This document shows positions 60,127 to 64,000 of a stretch of DNA of 64,000 nt, piece by piece. The number at the start of each line of letters is the position of its first letter. Position 1 is the first letter of the stretch. The DNA comes from Zygnema circumcarinatum SAG 698-1b. Lineage: Eukaryota > Plantae > Zygnematophyceae. The position numbers and the translations under genes are program-made. The stretch lies in NCBI GenBank assembly GCA_037447605.1, contig CM074816.1, forward strand, positions 2,446,525 to 2,510,524. Direction: 5' to 3'. The notes below the pieces were generated by a model that had not been told where the DNA came from, searched no databases, and was given only the letters and a program-made list of their open reading frames with translations.

Positions 60127-61085
60127 TCAAGCACTCATCAAACCTACAAGTCTGCAACATCTACCAATCATTGGTCCTGTCCCTGCCTTAGTCATCATAT
60201 CAGCTGCCTGCTCAGTCGTATGAACATATTTCAGCTCAATCTCCTTCTTGGTCACTAACTCACGAATGAAATGATACTTCAAATCTATATGCTTTGTCCT
60301 CTTGTGATAAACTGGGTTCTTAACTAAAGCAATGCAACTCTGACTATCACTCCACATTAATAACTTTGGTTGCGGTTCCTTCAACTCTGCAAACAACTGC
60401 TGCAGCCACTTAGCTTCTTTTGCTGCATGACACGCCGCCATGTACTCAGCTTCTGCACTGCTCAACGCCACACACTCCTGGAGTTTGCTGTTCCATGAAA
60501 TTGCTGCTCCTGCACAAACAAAGATATATCCACTGGTGCTTCTGCCTGTATCCACACAGCCTCCCCAATCAGAATCACAATAGCCAACCACCTTTGGCTC
60601 TCCTTCAGTCTTCTGGAACTTCATCCTGTATCCAATGTCCCCTTCACATAGCGCATGACTCTCTTCACTGCTTCCCAATGCGCCTTTCCTGGATTGTTCA
60701 GAAACCTGCTCAGCATGCCAACAGCCGCTGCAAGATCTGGTCTGGTAGAAGTCATGAGATACATCAGACTTCCTACTGCTGATCTTTAAGGGACCTGCTT
60801 CATGTACTCCCTTTCTCTCTCTGTCCTGGGACACATTTCACCTGTCAACTTCACACTAACATCTAATGGGGTACTCACTGGTTTAGCATCCTTCATTTCG
60901 AATTTCTCCAAGATCTCCCCCATGTACTTCCTCTGATTCATAAAGATAGATCCACCTGTCCTCCTCTAAATCTGAATCCCGAGAATATATTCTACTTCTC
61001 CCAAATCAGACATTTTGAAGTGTTTCATCAAGGTCTTTTTCAGCTTCTGAATTTCCTGCAAGCTTGGTCCAGCAATGACCAAATC
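60127..61085 (-). pseudogene. Disrupted RT/RNase H segment of copia pol
   Basis: In-frame TAG near 60967, TAA near 60787 (in place of the Y of PYRSAVGSLMY) and a frameshift near 60630. Confidence 0.75.
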
Positions 61086-61218
61086 TGTTGATGTATAGGT
61101 ACATCAAGGTGTTGGTACTTAGTTCCTAGCATGGATGTTGTCTAGGACATCAATGTGTTGATGTAGGGACAATGTCATGCATGAATGGTCATGTTTGGCA
61201 TAGGACCANNNNNNNNNN

Positions 61219-64000
61219 AAATCAGACATTTTGAAGTGTTTCATCAAAGTCTTCTTCAGCTTCTTGATTTCTTGCAGGCTTGGTCCAGCAATGACCAAGT
61301 CATCCACATACACACCAATAACTACCATTTTCTCACCAACTCCTCTTCTGTAAACTGAATGATCTGAATCAAACCTCTCACATTGCTCCTTCAACAACAC
61401 TTGATGAAGCTTCTCATACCAAAGCCTTGGAGCCTGCTTTAGTCCATAAATGGATTTCTTCAACCTGCAAACTAAATTTTCCTTTCCTGGCTCCACCTTT
61501 CCTTCTGGCTGCTCCATGAATATCTCCTCCTCTAATTCTCCATTTAGAAAGGCTGTCTTCACATCCATCTGATGAATGTGCCATCCTTTCTCAGCTGCAA
61601 TAGCTAACATGCTCCTTAAGCTCTCTATCTTCACAACTGGAGCAAAAGTCTCTGTGAAATCAATCCCTTCAATCTGACTATATCCTTTTGCAACTAATCT
61701 AGCCTTGTACCTTTCAATGCTGCCATCTGCCTTCAGCTTCTTCTTGAACACCCATTTAGCGCCAATTGCTGTCCTCCCTTCTGGCAACTCCTCCAAAGTC
61801 CAAGTTTTGTTCTCCAACAAGCTGTTCCACTCACTATCTATTGCTCCTTTCCACTTCTCTCCATCTTCTCCTTCCAAAGCTTCTTGATAACTCTGTGGTT
61901 CTCCAATTACCACTTGATTGCAATAAATTGTCCCAATTGAAAGTCTATGTCTCCCTCCTTTCTTCTCCTCAGCCATATGTAGTTCTCCAATTCTGTCTGA
62001 TGTCAACTTCACTATCGGCTTCTTTGGTCTCTCTGATCTCCTCAATTCTGTTGCGCTGGAATCTCCTCTTGTCTCCCTTTGAGGCTGCTCCTCCTGCGCT
62101 GTCTCCACTGGTCTTGTCTCCTTCCTTGCTGACTTCCTTGGTGTCTCTTCATCATCACTCTCATCTGTGTCCGTCTCCTCATCACTATCATCTGCGGGCT
62201 GATAACTGAATCTCCTTGGCTGCTGCCTGTCCTCCTTCTGAATATACTCATCCTCATAGAACTGCACATTTCTGCTCGTGATAACCTGCTGCATCTGAGG
62301 GTCATAAATCCTGTACTGGTAACTGTCCCGGCTATAGCCAACCATAAAACCTGTTCTCCCTCTAGCTGCCATCTTCCAACTTCTCTGATGTTGAGGGATC
62401 CAAACAGTACACCTACTCCCCCACACTCTAAGATGAGAAATATTGGGCTTTGAACCTGCCCACCTTTCTTGTGGAGTCTGCTCCTTCAGCAAAGAGTTGT
62501 AGCTCCTGTTCTTGATGTAGGCTGCTGCAGTGACTGCTTCAGCCCAGAGGTTTTCTGGAAGATTACTCTCCACCAGGTTGCACCTTGCAATGTCCATGAG
62601 GGACTTGTTCATCCTCTCTGCAACTCCATTTTGCTGCGGTGTATAAGGGGCAGTGAATGCCTGCCTTATACCTGTCTCTGCACACATCTGTTCAAAACTC
62701 CTGTTTTTGAATTCGCCCCCATTGTCAGTCTTTATCCTTTTCACTAACTCTCCACTCTCTCTCTCCACCATTGCTTTCCAGCCCAGAAAAGCTTTGAAGA
62801 CTTCATGCTTATGCCGGATCATCCGCACCCAAACTTTCCTGCTGTAGTCATCAACAATAGTAAGGAAATAATGATTGCCGCCAATGCTCTCTACATCTGA
62901 TGCGCACACATCCATGTGCACAAGCTCCAATCGTTTCCTTGTTCGAATGGTCTCATCCAGCCGCTTTAATGCTTTCTGCTTTAGTTTCCCTTCCTCACAT
63001 CCTTTACAACTATGCTGCATTTCCTTACTGCTCAAAGCCTCCAATCTTGCCACCATCTCCTTCTTACTCATTGCTACTAACGACCTCCAACTGAGATGGC
63101 CTAACCTCCTGTGCCATAAATCAGCATCTGCAGCGTATGCTCTCAACACATGTGACTCTATAAAATTCCTTCCTTTCTTGCCTCTTGCACATCTAACCCT
63201 ATAGAGATTCCCATCATCATATGCCTCCAAAGCCAAGTGCCCATTTGGCCTTCTCACTATGCATCTATCTCCAAAGAAATTAACATTCATGCCATTTCTA
63301 GCAAGCTGCCTCACTGACATTAGGTTCTTTTCAAGGCTTGGAGCATACATGACCTCTGAAACGAGTACTTCCTCTTGTTGTGGTCGCATCATCAAATTCA
63401 GCTTCACTGTCCCGACTTCATCCACGATCTCCTCTCCTCCATTGGCTGTCCGAAGGATCTTTGGAACTGCCAATTTCCTCATCTCCACAAATTCGTCTCT
63501 ATTTGCACAAATATGATGTGATGCGCCACTATCCACTATCCAATCTGCACGTTGCTCCTTCTCCTCCAAACGATAAGCTGACTCCTCATCTTCCTCTGCA
63601 CCTCCTTGAAGATTTCTCACTGAAGCTGCAAGTCCTCTAATGCCGCCTCTTCTACCATAGCCGCCTCTTCCTCTACCTTGCGGTTTATGAAAGCAATCCC
63701 GAGCAAAATGACCTGGCTTTCCACACACAAAACATCCTTCTCCTCTTGTGTCTTCATTCTGTCCACTATCGCCTCTCCAAACGCCTCTTCCGGTAGCTGC
63801 ACCATTTCCTGCTCCAGAACTCCTTGAACTGCTCCAGCAATCCTTGGCAAGATGTCCAGGTTTTCCACAATTGAAACATGCTGCCTGCTGGGCCTGGGCC
63901 TGACCTGTGCGTCCTCTTCCAAACGATGGACCTCCACGGAAGGCACCCCCTCTTGCTCCACGTCCTCTGCCTCTGTAGTTGGCTGCGTAGGCTTCCACCT
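61219..64000 (-). CDS. Copia gag-pol polyprotein, open segment
   Basis: Uninterrupted frame from the gag zinc knuckles to the RT YVDD motif. Confidence 0.9.

Larger units (their letters stand above)
59659..64000 (-). mobile_element. Ty1/copia LTR retrotransposon, 5' part beyond the window
   Basis: Two CCHC knuckles, protease WIVDSGASHH, WHRRLGH, integrase LVHMDVC/TDNGGEF/PQQNGVAERMN, RT ARLVAKGY/QMDVKTAFLNG/YGLKQAPR/YVDD, RNase H GYCDSDW/AEAEY/RTKHID/ADMMTK. INT-before-RT order is diagnostic of copia. Confidence 0.97.

Noticed and set aside
1-64000. tRNA, rRNA or snRNA genes
   Set aside because: None recognised by eye; a covariance-model search (tRNAscan-SE, Infernal/Rfam) would be needed to exclude them.

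Overview
Eukaryotic, green-plant-lineage genomic DNA. The protein similarities and repeat-filled introns suggest a streptophyte alga, but that is inference. The draft assembly has several N gaps. Most long ORFs in the supplied track are artefacts of GA/CT and GGAT simple repeats. Genes I could reconstruct by eye: two tandem single-coding-exon paralogues of an unknown, low-complexity ~920-960 aa protein (minus, 1.9-4.8 kb and 11.1-13.8 kb); a 25-exon exocyst SEC10 (19.1-35.1 kb); a synergin-gamma-like gene (36.2-42.4 kb, with apparent frameshifts in exon 5); an 11-exon AAF/SPA15-like senescence gene (minus, 43.0-47.8 kb); an O-fucosyltransferase-family gene (minus, 49.6-53.3 kb, 5' end uncertain); and a BAT1/GABP-like amino acid permease (57.9-59.7 kb) interrupted by a Ty1/copia element. 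A nest of non-autonomous DNA transposons (Mutator-like, hAT-like, TA-TSD MITE) lies at 53.9-57.3 kb. Most notable observations: (1) the 10-bp palindrome GCCACGTGGC occurs 13 times, 10 of them inside exons and in all three reading frames, reminiscent of cyanobacterial HIP1; (2) both orphan paralogues keep the same pair of overlapping uORFs and two identical 3' blocks; (3) most long introns carry their own simple or telomere-like repeat, often starting near the donor; (4) the copia LTR starts at +3 of an intron. Protein-family assignments are from remembered motifs, not database searches.
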